Both the position numbers and the translations under genes were made by a program. A DNA stretch of 64,000 nucleotides, taken from contig JBCCQQ010000017.1 in NCBI GenBank assembly GCA_039024555.1, forward strand, positions 38,252-102,251, written 5' to 3'. The notes beneath the pieces are model-generated. The model ran no database searches. It worked only from the letters and a program-made list of their open reading frames with translations, and was not told where the DNA came from. Of the stretch, positions 49,835-60,800 are shown one piece after another (position 1 is the stretch's first letter; each line of letters begins with the position of its first letter). The stretch is from Cyanobacteria bacterium P01_D01_bin.156 (GTDB lineage Bacteria; Cyanobacteriota; Cyanobacteriia; Phormidesmidales; Phormidesmidaceae).

Positions 49835-50656
49835 CTATGTAAGCTGCTTGTATATTGCATCTGCTGATTTGCGCAGATGTTCGTATTTATCTCCATAAAA
49901 TTCATCTTTCACTTTTTGTTTAAGGGATTCTCGAGATTCTGAAGGACGGCAAACCACCTTCTCTGAGAGTTTTCCAAAGGTTTGCTGAAAGCCCTCTTCA
50001 ATCCATCGAAAACACTCTTTAACATTCTCATCAGAGTGCTCAAATGAAGTAAATGAAGTTTCATATTTCCTATTTACTTCTTCAATAATGCTTCCATAGT
50101 TGTTTGTTACGGTCTCAAACTCTGCTAGAACAAACTTTCCACGATAAGGAAGTAAAGCTTTATAAAAGCTAATGTATTCATACAAAGACTGCTCAATAGA
50201 AAGGGATGGGTCAAAATCACCAACAATATAAGAAATTACAGCAGATTCAGGATCTCTGATTAATACAATAGTTGGGATCTGTCTTCTACAACCTGCAATC
50301 ACTTGAGCCGCTGCATGGGTGTGATGGGCAATTTCAACTGGTTGCTGTTGCGCCATTTTGAATGCAATATGGGCAAAAGTATTTCCCATTCTGGGAAAAC
50401 CTTCGATAACTATTTCTGTATTCTTATTAACAATATTGGGGGCAGCTGGTTCAGGTCCAAGGGGGTTAACAATATACTTTTTACGCCAGCGAGTCCATCG
50501 CCAGCGGGCAAATGGGATAAATAGTAAGGGATATTGGCGGCTAAAGTTACGCAGCTTATAGTACAGAGATGGTGGGATTGCGCGCCTTAGTAAATACTGA
50601 GTGTCAGAATAAGCTTGGGTTTGACTACTATTCTGAGTCTGAACAACGTTATTCAT
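49835..50656 (-). CDS. Putative PAPS-dependent sulfotransferase (paralog of 47135..47923)
   Basis: IVIEGFPRMGNTF; VLIRDPESAVISY; shared FEH..ENVK.CF and V.RPSE.R C-terminal motifs. Confidence 0.68.
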   Translation of the reverse strand: MNNVVQTQNSSQTQAYSDTQYLLRRAIPPSLYYKLRNFSRQYPLLFIPFARWRWTRWRKKYIVNPLGPEPAAPNIVNKNTEIVIEGFPRMGNTFAHIAFKMAQQQPVEIAHHTHAAAQVIAGCRRQIPTIVLIRDPESAVISYIVGDFDPSLSIEQSLYEYISFYKALLPYRGKFVLAEFETVTNNYGSIIEEVNRKYETSFTSFEHSDENVKECFRWIEEGFQQTFGKLSEKVVCRPSESRESLKQKVKDEFYGDKYEHLRKSADAIYKQLT

Positions 50657-50786
50657 AATGAAACCTGATTTTTAAGTTACTAGCTAATAACTAACGTATT
50701 TTTTTAGCGATAATGGTCTGATAAGCCTACTCAACCAATATTTGATTATAGAAACTATTACGATTCTAAAGAATTACTCGGGTTAA

Positions 50787-51938
50787 CTACACCTGTTGTA
50801 GAACCTTATCAAGAAATGACTTCCACTGTTCTGCAATAATATTTGGGCGAAAGTCTTCACTTCGCTTTTTGCCAGCATAGCTAAGTTCTTCTCGATAACC
50901 CTGAGATTTAAGCAATTTAACTAAAGAACTTGCTATTTCTTCTGGGTCTTTTGAGCTGATCAACACACCCGATTTGCCGCTGTCTAAAATATTTTTGGGG
51001 CCTCCACCAATAGCATCTGTGGCTAGTACGGGTGTGCCACAAGCTAAAGCTTCAACTAACACTAGGCCAAATGGCTCTTCTTCAGAGGTTAAGGCAAACA
51101 CATCAGCCTTAGAAATATTACACCACGGGTTTGCAGAAAACCCTGCTAAATCAACACTGTCCTCAAGATTTAACTGTCGAATTATAGCTTGGAGATTATC
51201 TTTTTCTGGACCTTTGCCAAAAATGATCAATTTGGCGTTTTCAGTTTGCCGAACAATGGAAAAGGCTTTGAGTAAAAGTGGAAAGTTTTTTTGCTTGGCA
51301 AGTCGTGCGGCACTAACAATCACAGGCCCTTGTTTTTCCTTTAACCAAGGATGTTCAGACGCTTGCTTGCTCTTTCCAATAATTGAGTCAAGATCAATCG
51401 AGTTGGTAATCGAGACTGAATACTCTTTGGCAGACCTAATTTTGATAACGTTTAGGAGATCGTCCAGAACTTCTGGACTATTTGCTCGTACACCATCAGC
51501 CATGGGATAAAGCACCCGGGCTAGCCAAGGATAGAAACGAACAAAACTATTTTTTTGCTCAATATAGGCCTTATAGCTCATGGTTGAGTGCTGACTGACA
51601 ATTAATTTTGTTTGGCCCTTTCCTTTCCTTGACAGTAGCCAGCCCATAGCGGCAGGCATGTTAACAAACATGGAAAGAGATATTAGTACCGTTGGCTGAT
51701 ACTGATTAATAAATTTAGCAATTGGAAAAGCAGCCCATCTTGCCCGTTTTGCTTGAAGGCTAACGACTTCAACGCCTTCAGGAATTACGATTGATTCAGA
51801 TGGTTGAGCTACTAAAAATGCTAGATATATTTTCCCAATACCGATATCATGCAGTCCTTTAGCTAGAGCGATCGCATTATTTGCGATCGCTCCCCCCTTG
51901 AGCCCCCAAACTAAGATAGCAATCGAAAAATCTTTCAC
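50787..51938 (-). CDS. Glycosyltransferase family 4
   Basis: LKGGA; AARLAKQKNF; SEEEPFGLVLVEALACGTP; GTG start with AGGAG. Confidence 0.9.
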   Translation of the reverse strand: MKDFSIAILVWGLKGGAIANNAIALAKGLHDIGIGKIYLAFLVAQPSESIVIPEGVEVVSLQAKRARWAAFPIAKFINQYQPTVLISLSMFVNMPAAMGWLLSRKGKGQTKLIVSQHSTMSYKAYIEQKNSFVRFYPWLARVLYPMADGVRANSPEVLDDLLNVIKIRSAKEYSVSITNSIDLDSIIGKSKQASEHPWLKEKQGPVIVSAARLAKQKNFPLLLKAFSIVRQTENAKLIIFGKGPEKDNLQAIIRQLNLEDSVDLAGFSANPWCNISKADVFALTSEEEPFGLVLVEALACGTPVLATDAIGGGPKNILDSGKSGVLISSKDPEEIASSLVKLLKSQGYREELSYAGKKRSEDFRPNIIAEQWKSFLDKVLQQV

Positions 51939-52038
51939 TTCTGTAATCTCCTCATATCTGGACTAGATATCCAAATATTTAAATTATTACTAACTAATTA
52001 AAAGAATCTCTAGAATTGACTGATCAATAAAATCTCTC

Positions 52039-53190
52039 TCAGACCAAAGCTTCTACAACATTAGAAAGAGATCGAGATGAAATCACTGGTGTATGACTTT
52101 CCATAATGATCTTAGACGTTCTCTGCATAGCAGGAATAATGTCTGGATTATCTATGAATTTCTGCATCAGGTCAGCCAAAACTTCAGGCTTTTGAGGTTC
52201 AAATGTATAACCATTGCCACCATCTTTGATAAGTTCGGAAGCTCCAGCTCCTGTCGAGGCAAGAATTGCTTTTCCCAGTAGCATTGCTTCGAGAATTACT
52301 ACCCCCCAAGTATCCTCTAAGGTAGGCAAAACGAAAACGTCTGCCTCCTGAAAATAGATACTAACTTGCTCATAGGGAACACTACCCATCCAGTGCACTA
52401 AGCCGTCTAAACCCTCTGTTTTGCTGTAAGTTTCCAACTCCTGTTGCTGATCTCCATCGCCTACTACAACCAAGGCAAAATTATTACATCCTCGTGCCTG
52501 CAAAATGGAACAGGCCGTAAGCAATGTTTTTAATCCTTTTCTGGGAATAATCCTGCCGAGAAATAGGAACAATGGTCGCTGAATATTGTTGAAGTCCAAC
52601 TGACTGACAGTAGAAAGGTGAGTGTCAGCATCTGGCAATAGGCTTTCTAGGGAAGGTATCTCATAGGGAACTGTCAATGTATCTTCCTTAGAGGCATTAA
52701 GTACCTCTACAAGATATTTTTCACCTTGTTTACTATTGGTGATGTAGCTGTCAGCCCATTTGACCATAAGACGACGAGCAAACAAGCGAACAGGTGAATT
52801 TAAAAAATCCACTCCTGGGGCACTGCCTTCGTAGGCTATGATTACTCGCCATCGCCCAAAAGGCTTAAGCAATAGAGCTAAAATTGTCCATACGCCAAAG
52901 GAACTAGCAAAAATCAGAGTTGGCTTAAATTGAAAAAGCTCACCAATAATTTTTAGAGATAAATATGTGAAGCCAGAGCCATAGCCCTGTGCTTTTTTTC
53001 TAAAAACCTTTCTCTCTCCAACAACTTTGATATTTAAAGCATTCTCATAGCCTTTAGCATATCCAGGACATCGCCCCGTAAATACCATAGTGTCTGGATA
53101 TAACTTAGCTAGTTCACTCAACACAGGTTGCCAGTAAAAGAACGCAACAGGTAGAAGCCAAGCAATTCTTATATTTGCTGATAGGGACAT
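52039..53190 (-). CDS. Glycosyltransferase family 4
   Basis: FLGRIIPRKG; LPTLEDTWGVVILEAM. Confidence 0.9.
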   Translation of the reverse strand: MSLSANIRIAWLLPVAFFYWQPVLSELAKLYPDTMVFTGRCPGYAKGYENALNIKVVGERKVFRKKAQGYGSGFTYLSLKIIGELFQFKPTLIFASSFGVWTILALLLKPFGRWRVIIAYEGSAPGVDFLNSPVRLFARRLMVKWADSYITNSKQGEKYLVEVLNASKEDTLTVPYEIPSLESLLPDADTHLSTVSQLDFNNIQRPLFLFLGRIIPRKGLKTLLTACSILQARGCNNFALVVVGDGDQQQELETYSKTEGLDGLVHWMGSVPYEQVSIYFQEADVFVLPTLEDTWGVVILEAMLLGKAILASTGAGASELIKDGGNGYTFEPQKPEVLADLMQKFIDNPDIIPAMQRTSKIIMESHTPVISSRSLSNVVEALV

Positions 53191-53375
53191 GATAGGAAAC
53201 CTCCAAACCGAATTAATATCTAAAAATCAGTCGATTATTGATAGGTTTTTCTAAGAAAATAGTTTTCTCCGTATTAACGAGAAATAGGAATCAGTACAAT
53301 CTAACCATTACCTTAAAACTTTTATCTGCTGATCCTATGTTGTTAGCACACGCATCAACGTTAAATAAGTAAAAA

Positions 53376-54653
53376 CTATAGCGCTGCTGAAGGTTGAAGC
53401 AGACTCAGTAAAGTTTTTGAAAAGTTTTGCCAAGCATTTTTCTCGGAAAATTTCATCATAAGTGTTTCGTCGTAAGTACTAGTAATATCAGATGTTAATA
53501 ATTGAGTTAATGCGTAGGATATTTCTTTAGAGTTAGCTGAATCTACGGTCATACCTAACCGATATTGATTAACCAGTTTGCCCATCAGTCCATAGTTGGT
53601 AGATAAAACTGGTTTTTGAGCAGCAGCAGCTAACAAAATTATACCGCTCATACCGACATGGCGTTGATAAAGAGCTAGAGCAAAATCACTAATTTCAAAG
53701 TAAGTTGGAATCTCCTCTTCTGGTATAAACTCATACCGACTAATAATTTGAACCGGGCAGCTATCTAAAACATCTGCAACCACCAACTTGATTTTTTCCA
53801 TTTCGGTTGGACTGGCCGCGCCAACTAGTAGTAAACAAAATTGCTCGCACTGCTCAGGAGAAAGTTCCTTAATGGCATTAAGTAATGGATAAATCCCTTT
53901 GCGACGAGTTAAGGCACCCATTAGAATTCCTACCTTGCGATGGCTTTCTATTCCTAGGGTTTGTTTGAAATGCGCCGTATCTAAGGTAGCCGGAATTGTA
54001 ACCTCGACCGGATCTGCTAATTGGGAAATCTTAGCTTGTGGATCACGTTTCTTTAAGTAATCTACAGCGAAACTATCGAGGGAAAATAGTTGTTGCAATT
54101 GAGGGTTTTGCAATACCCTCATGATGGAAAAATATTCCCACTGACGTTGAACCCTAGCCTTAAAGCCTGTAGGGGGATTGCCCAATTCGGAATAATGAAA
54201 TGTAGGTCGAAAATAGATGCCAGAAAATGGGCAGGGAGAAGATTGCCCGAACGCTAAAAGCAACTGATAGGTATCGATATACATGATCAGGCTTTGAGTT
54301 ACCTCAAGGTTTTTAGCATAGCGACAATGAAGCTGCCATTCACTCCAATTGCGCAGGTTACGATTAAGGCTTGAGCGACGTGAGGGGAGCTGGGCCTCTT
54401 CTGCTTCAGTAATGGCTACAAATCTAATATCTCCTTGGGCACCAACATTTGCTAACTCGACAACATCATGATGAATGCTTAAAAATCTCGGAGAGACAAC
54501 GATAACTAATTTATGCTCAATCTGTTCTTGCTGCCAGTAACGGATTAGATACTGTATGTAGGTAGCATGATGACCATATACTGACAGGTCAAACAACATC
54601 AGTGTTTGCCGATCCGCAATTTTTCCAGGCATAGATAGTTGCACTATAGCCAT
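53376..54653 (-). CDS. Glycosyltransferase (GT-B)
   Basis: FDLSVYGHHATY; GALTRRKG; YQRHVGMSGI..AAAAQKPV; start uncertain (54725/54653/54632). Confidence 0.82.
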   Translation of the reverse strand: MAIVQLSMPGKIADRQTLMLFDLSVYGHHATYIQYLIRYWQQEQIEHKLVIVVSPRFLSIHHDVVELANVGAQGDIRFVAITEAEEAQLPSRRSSLNRNLRNWSEWQLHCRYAKNLEVTQSLIMYIDTYQLLLAFGQSSPCPFSGIYFRPTFHYSELGNPPTGFKARVQRQWEYFSIMRVLQNPQLQQLFSLDSFAVDYLKKRDPQAKISQLADPVEVTIPATLDTAHFKQTLGIESHRKVGILMGALTRRKGIYPLLNAIKELSPEQCEQFCLLLVGAASPTEMEKIKLVVADVLDSCPVQIISRYEFIPEEEIPTYFEISDFALALYQRHVGMSGIILLAAAAQKPVLSTNYGLMGKLVNQYRLGMTVDSANSKEISYALTQLLTSDITSTYDETLMMKFSEKNAWQNFSKTLLSLLQPSAAL

Positions 54654-54757
54654 ATGACTTAGAAATAAATGTAATAAAACTGGAGCAATTAAATTGGACC
54701 ACAATTGCTCCCTAAGGCAATTCATGGTTCATTATTAAAACAAATCAATACACTTAC

Positions 54758-55996
54758 TTAATGTTTTATGAGTTCCTCATAAAGTTTCTCATAACGAGTA
54801 GCCTGCAGAGCCAGAGAAAGACTTTTTTCAGCATGTTCACGACTCTGATGGGATAGCTGACGTTGGCGTTCAGGGTTTTCAAGTACCCATAGGATACCGT
54901 TGAGTAAATCCTCTACTTCGTAAGGATTTGCCAAATAGCCTGTCTGTTGGTGGTCAACAATATCCTTAAGCCCGGTAGCATTGAATGCGACAACCGGAGT
55001 AGCACAGGCTAGCGCTTCTGAAGCCGTTTGCCCAAAAGACTCTTGCATGGAGGGAACGACCATCACATCAGCAGCAGAGTAGGTCAATACCAGCGATAGT
55101 TCATCACGAAATCGTCCTAAATAACGAGTAGGCAACCCTAACTCAGGAGGATTATCAGGCTCTTTTATACCAAAGATTACAACTTCTAACCGATCAGACC
55201 ATCCTAACCGACCTAGTTCCTGCAAGGCTGCTTGCAGAAATTGAAACCCTTTGCGTGGATCGTTAGTGACACCTGATGAAGCCCCAAATAGAAGAATTTG
55301 CTTATCTTGCGGTAATCTCAGCACACTGCGAGCCGTAGTTGGCTCAATTGGATAATATTGTTCTAAATCGAGCCCGTGAGGAATAACCTCGATACGACGG
55401 TCTTGAAATAAAGAGCTTTTAGCCATAAGACTGGCAAACCAATGGCTCGGGGCTACCAGTGTCAAATCTACATCCCGCCAAGCATTAGCTTTACGTTGCC
55501 AAATCTTATTGGACAGGTCACGCTTGACCTGGCTTTTGAGCTGGGGGCATTGTCCACAAGATTGGGTGTAGCGATCGCAATCTTGTGCGTAGTGACATCC
55601 TCCAGTAAATGGCCACATATCATGGGCTAGCCACACCACTGGTTGAGTAAATTGATTAAGGGTTTCGATGCGCAAAAAGCCATTGCATATCCAATGCAGC
55701 GTTACAACATCAGGGGCTAATGCTCGGACTCTAGGCGCCAATTTGTCAGGGAACCATTGTGGAGAAAATAACCCACGGTTACGATTTTTATAGCGTTTAA
55801 CTAGTACGCCATTCATTCTGGGACCCATTTGGGTTCTAAAACTCTTTTCCGCAATAACTGCAGAGTGACCGCTATCTTTAGCCCGTACCAACATCTGTGA
55901 ATCAACATTCAGACATCGTAAACCCTGATGCAGACGAAAAGCTGCTCGGGCTGCTCCACCATCAAGGTCAGAAGTACTAAGATGTAAAACCTTCAT
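54758..55996 (-). CDS. Glycosyltransferase family 4 (WcaC-like, Cys cluster)
   Basis: GGAARAA; HDMWPFTGGCHY...C...CGQCP; PSMQESFGQTASEALAC. Confidence 0.92.
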   Translation of the reverse strand: MKVLHLSTSDLDGGAARAAFRLHQGLRCLNVDSQMLVRAKDSGHSAVIAEKSFRTQMGPRMNGVLVKRYKNRNRGLFSPQWFPDKLAPRVRALAPDVVTLHWICNGFLRIETLNQFTQPVVWLAHDMWPFTGGCHYAQDCDRYTQSCGQCPQLKSQVKRDLSNKIWQRKANAWRDVDLTLVAPSHWFASLMAKSSLFQDRRIEVIPHGLDLEQYYPIEPTTARSVLRLPQDKQILLFGASSGVTNDPRKGFQFLQAALQELGRLGWSDRLEVVIFGIKEPDNPPELGLPTRYLGRFRDELSLVLTYSAADVMVVPSMQESFGQTASEALACATPVVAFNATGLKDIVDHQQTGYLANPYEVEDLLNGILWVLENPERQRQLSHQSREHAEKSLSLALQATRYEKLYEELIKH

Positions 55997-56754
55997 CTTG
56001 TTTACCTAGCGTATAAAATTAATAAATAGAAGATCACTAATTAACAAACCAAAAGCTCTATGAAGAGTTATCTATTCATCAGTAATAGAAAGACCTAATT
56101 AATCGCTTAATGGTACTGTCCGCATAGACCGCCTCAGGTGACTTAAATGATAATGTTTGTCGCTAATAATTTTAGGTTAATAATTAGATTGAGATTATCA
56201 CTACGTAGCTGGAATAGACTTATTTCTGGATAGCTGCGTAGAACACTTGCTGTCTGAAAGTTTCACATTACGTTATTACATCATGTACTAACCTACCTTG
56301 GCGCAACTGAATAACCTGGCTTCGCTTGGATTTAGGCAAGTCCATCATAAGCATTGGCAAATCGAATAATCAAGTAAGTGTGCGATACTTAGAGCCTTTA
56401 TGTTCGGACTTAACAGGCCTGTTAACAATCATGTCTAACCTGTGTTACTGGTATTCGGTAAGTTACAAACTTTTTACGGGCAAGTGGTGACTGAAAACTG
56501 TTACAAGATATCGAGACAGTTATTTATGCCATTCACTCGTCGATTTATGCTGGGCAACATCACAGAAATCACATTTGCTTGGCGCTAGTAATAATTTAAT
56601 CAATGCGTAAGTCCTAGCTCGCTAACAACTTCATGAGTTCAAAATAAAATCTCTGTATTGCTTCAGGCTTCACGCTCTATCTTATTCTTCTGATGGCTCA
56701 AGAATGATGGAACCTTCATAAAAAACGCATTAAACACCTAATCCTAATTTTTCA

Positions 56755-56880
56755 TTCCGATTTATGGAAGCTAGCATTATCCATCAAGACACCTGCCCAG
56801 CTTTAATTCAGATACAGGGACGTATGCAATCTAGACTTCCACCAGATCCGTAATAGGTCTGAAAGGTTAAGGAGGCCAAG
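56755..56880 (-). mobile_element. Short, heavily decayed IS630-family fragment
   Basis: Minus strand reads across indels LASLTFQ...ELKLG(Q)V.LMDNASFHKSE. Confidence 0.55.
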
Positions 56881-57081
56881 ACTTGACGATGGGCACCATC
56901 CAGCGATCCTTCTGATACGCTGAGTTTTATTGACAAGTATCAGACTGAAAACACTCTGATACGAACACCACACTCATTGAGAGGGCACTAGTCATACGTA
57001 AACCGCAATCCTCAAGTGTTAGCTCAAATAAGCATTGACACCTTCAATAGAAAGATGATTATCATTATTTTCCATTAATTA

Positions 57082-57118
57082 TTCTCTATTCAATTAAAGA
57101 TTTCTCTATTCAATTAAA
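57082..57118. repeat. 17-bp direct repeat, 20-bp period
   Basis: TTCTCTATTCAATTAAA at 57082 and 57102. Confidence 0.9.
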
Positions 57119-57139
57119 AATTTATAGAATATCTCCAAA

Positions 57140-57824
57140 ATTGAAACTTTCGAAGAACCTTAATGTGAATCAAAGGTATGTGAAATTACCTTAGGAAATG
57201 GTTTCTGACAGCTCTACCGCAAATGGAACTTAGAAATATCTTTTTTGCTCAACGTGTATTACGCCATTAAACGTAATGAGTGCTAATTCTTCTTTAAAGC
57301 ATTCTTTGTATAAATAAAGCTGTTTGAGCAGCAGGAGTAAACGTTTTGAAACTTACTGATTTACATGTCTCATTCAGTACTTTGTCTAGCAGTGCTGTCA
57401 GTCTTCTTTCTGTTGAGTAAGCATTTGGGCTAAATAGGCTTGCTGGAAAATCGAACCAGTTAATGGTTGTTGATGCAGGCATTATTGAAACTTTCGAAAA
57501 CCCTTAAAGTGAATATAAAGCATGCGCAATTACCTAGAAAATTACATCTGATAGTTCTACTGTGGACGTAACTTAGAGCCATCTTTTCGCTCAATTTGTA
57601 TTACGCCATCAGACGTAGCTAGTGCCAGTTCTTCTTTAAAGCATTCTTTTATAAATAAAGCTGTTTGAGCAGCAGGAGTAAACGTTGTGGAACTTACTGA
57701 TTTGGATTTCTCGCCCAATATTTTGTCCGGCAGTACGGTTGGTCTTCTTGCTAGTGATCAGGCATTTGGGCTAAATAGGCCTGTTGGAGAATCAAACCAG
57801 TTAGTGGTTGTTGATGCAGGCATT
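57140..57824 (+). repeat. Diverged tandem duplication (~344 + 341 bp) of upstream region, RBS and first 46 codons of the giant gene
   Basis: Both copies run ATTGAAACTTTCGAA...GTTGTTGATGCAGGCATT (57140-57483, 57484-57824). Confidence 0.92.
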
Positions 57825-60800
57825 GGCGAGTACACCGAACTTGTTGAGGGTTTAGGAGCTAGTGCTGCTGTTTTAATACTCGACCCAACAGTTGACGGCA
57901 TCTCTCAGATTGATAGTGCTATTAGTCAGTTTCAAAGCCTGGATGCTGTACATATTGTCTCCCACGGTAATGCGGGGCAGCTGCAGCTTGGTTCGACCCA
58001 GCTCAATTCAGAAACGTTAGCGGTTTATAAAGACGTTCTAGAAGGCTGGGATGATGTTCTCACCGATACTGCAGATATTCTTATTTATGGATGCAATGTA
58101 GCTGAAGGAGAGCGGGGTCAGAGCTTTGTACAGCAGCTCAGTTCAACTACGGGTGCAGACATTGCCGCCTCAGTTGACTTAACGGGGTCAGCAGCATTAG
58201 AAGGCGATTGGGACTTAGAAGTCAAGGTCGGTTCGATTGAAACAGACTTAGCATTTGACAATACTGTCATAACTAATTTCGACGGCGTCTTGATGAATGA
58301 CTATGTCGTTCAGACAGATCCTAACTTTCAAAATGAAGTTATCGTTACAGGGCTAACATCACCAACTGCTGCTGAGTTTTTACCCGATGGGCGAGTGCTT
58401 GTTTCAGAGAAGAATGGCACTATAAAAATTATCGATCCCAACGTGACGGTGCCATCTACAAGTGACTATCTGGTTTTACCAGATGTGACCACCAGTGGTG
58501 AAAAAGGCCTGATTGATATCGCTTTGGATCCAGATTTTGAGACTAATAACTACATCTATGCGTTCTACACATTAGGTTCTGATACAACGTTTCAAATATC
58601 TCGATTTATCCATCAGGGTAATACAGCAGACCTTAGTAGTGAGTTTGTGGTTTGGAAAGATCCAAACGCAGCTAGTTCTCCAGACCACTTTGGTGGTGGA
58701 TTGAATTTTGGTCCTGATGGCAAGTTGTACTTAACAACTGGTGATAAAGGACAAAATACACCTCAACTTGCACAGGACTTAACTCGAATTGAAGGTTCAA
58801 TTCTTCGTATTAATAAAGACGGTACAATCCCTGAAGATAACCCCTATTTTGGTAACACACAGGGGTATGCAGAAGAAATTTGGGCTTCTGGATTGCGTAA
58901 TCCCTTCCGCTCCGATTGGGATTTGCAAACTGGCGATCTGTATATAGGTGATGTTGGCTTTAACGATATCGAAGAAGTTAATCGTATTAACTTCTTCGAT
59001 GCTCAAACAACGATTCAAAATGGTGGCGATTTAAACTTTGGATGGCCTTTTCATGAAGGAACCTCTGGTGGTGATCCAAACTTTATTGACGCTATTTATG
59101 AGTACCCGCATACGAATGACAGGTTTGGTAGCGGTGCAGTTATTAGCGGTAGCGTTTACCGAGGATCTATGTTCCCAACGGAGTTCCAGGGAGCGTATTT
59201 CTTTGGTGACTTTACCCAAGACTATATCAAGTACTTAAAGTTTGATGGCAATGGTGATGTGATTGATGCCGACCCATCTACTGCAATCATTGATCCATTC
59301 AACTTTGAGCAAAAGACAAGTAACGTAAATCCTGAAATCAAGGACTTAGTGTTTATTGATGAGGGTGTAGATGGCGCATTGTATTACCTTAACTTTACAG
59401 GTGAACTGCGCCGGATTACTTATTTTGATGCAAGCGGTGGGAATCAGCCTCCCCAGATTGATGAGCAAGCAACTGGGGCAACGTCGTTAGGAGGCTTGGC
59501 ATATCAGTTCACTGGTGTAGCCAACGATTCAGATGGTGATACGCTCACCTATCTATGGGACTTTGGGGATGGAAATCAGGCGACTGGGGCAACAGTCACT
59601 CACACCTACACTAGCAATGGCACCTACGAGCCAACTTTGGTGGTTTCGGATGGTCAAGCTTCTACGCCTGACGATAGCTACAAGCTGTCGGATATTAATA
59701 TAGGAACGCCACCCACTGCTGCCATTACTATCCGCACGGCTGATGGCACTGCTCTAATCCCAACTACTGATACAGATCCCCTAACTGGCGAGCCAAGACT
59801 GGTTATTCAAGACTTATTTCGGGCTGGTGATACTGTCTTCTTTGAAGGTCTTGGTAATGATCTGGATGGTATCTTGGGAGAAAGCAACTACGACTGGAAA
59901 GTTCAATTTCTCCATGATGATCACACTCACCCGACGATTGATAGTCTGATTGCATCCAGTGGCTCCTTCGAAATTACAACCACTGAGCATGGATTTTCAG
60001 CTGACCTTCAAGTTGGTTTTACGATCGACTTGACTGTTACAGATGCAGATGGCTTGCAGATAACCGAACGGGTAGTGATTTTCCCAGAAAAAGTTGATCT
60101 TTCATTTAATGACAACTTACCTGGAGACTTTGAATACATTATCGATAGTATTGGACGAACAAGTACTGATACAGATCCATTTGTTCTAGATACAGCGATC
60201 AATTTCGAACATACAATAACGGCTCCCGAGACTCGCGATGTTAACGGATTCACCTATATATTTGATAGCTGGTCTACCGGTGAAACAAATCGTGTGCTGA
60301 ATCTAGCTGCTCCCGAGACTGCACAGACCTATATTGCTAATTATGTCGAGCCCAACCCGGATCCAGAACCGCCAGTAGCTCAAAACGATGGTCCAATTAC
60401 TGTTGCTATCGATAGTGCCAACAATGTTCTAAATGTGTTGCAAAATGATAGCGACCCTGACCCAGGAGATACGCTTACAGTTGTGGGTCTTAGCCTGACC
60501 GATACAACATCTACAGATACCTCCATCTCTACTGGAAATGGAAGTGCTGTTGATATTAGTGCTGCAGGTGATAACCTCCTTTACACACCAGCAGCTGGCT
60601 TTGTTGGAACAGAAGTTGTCTACTATACAATTTCGGATTCAACAGGCCGAACGGCTACGGCTAGCGTCACTATTGGCATCGACGATGGTCAACTGCCTGT
60701 TACATCGGGTCTAGTGCTTCATTTAGATGCAGATAAGAACGTCACGACCGATGGTAGTGATTTAGTGACTGGATGGCTTGATCAGTCTTCTTCTGGTAAT

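Noticed and set aside
56197..56230. TCCAGA-N19-CGTAGTGAT as a DIF1-like promoter for the minus-strand GT operon
   Set aside because: Spacing is 3 nt longer than in the sRNA promoters
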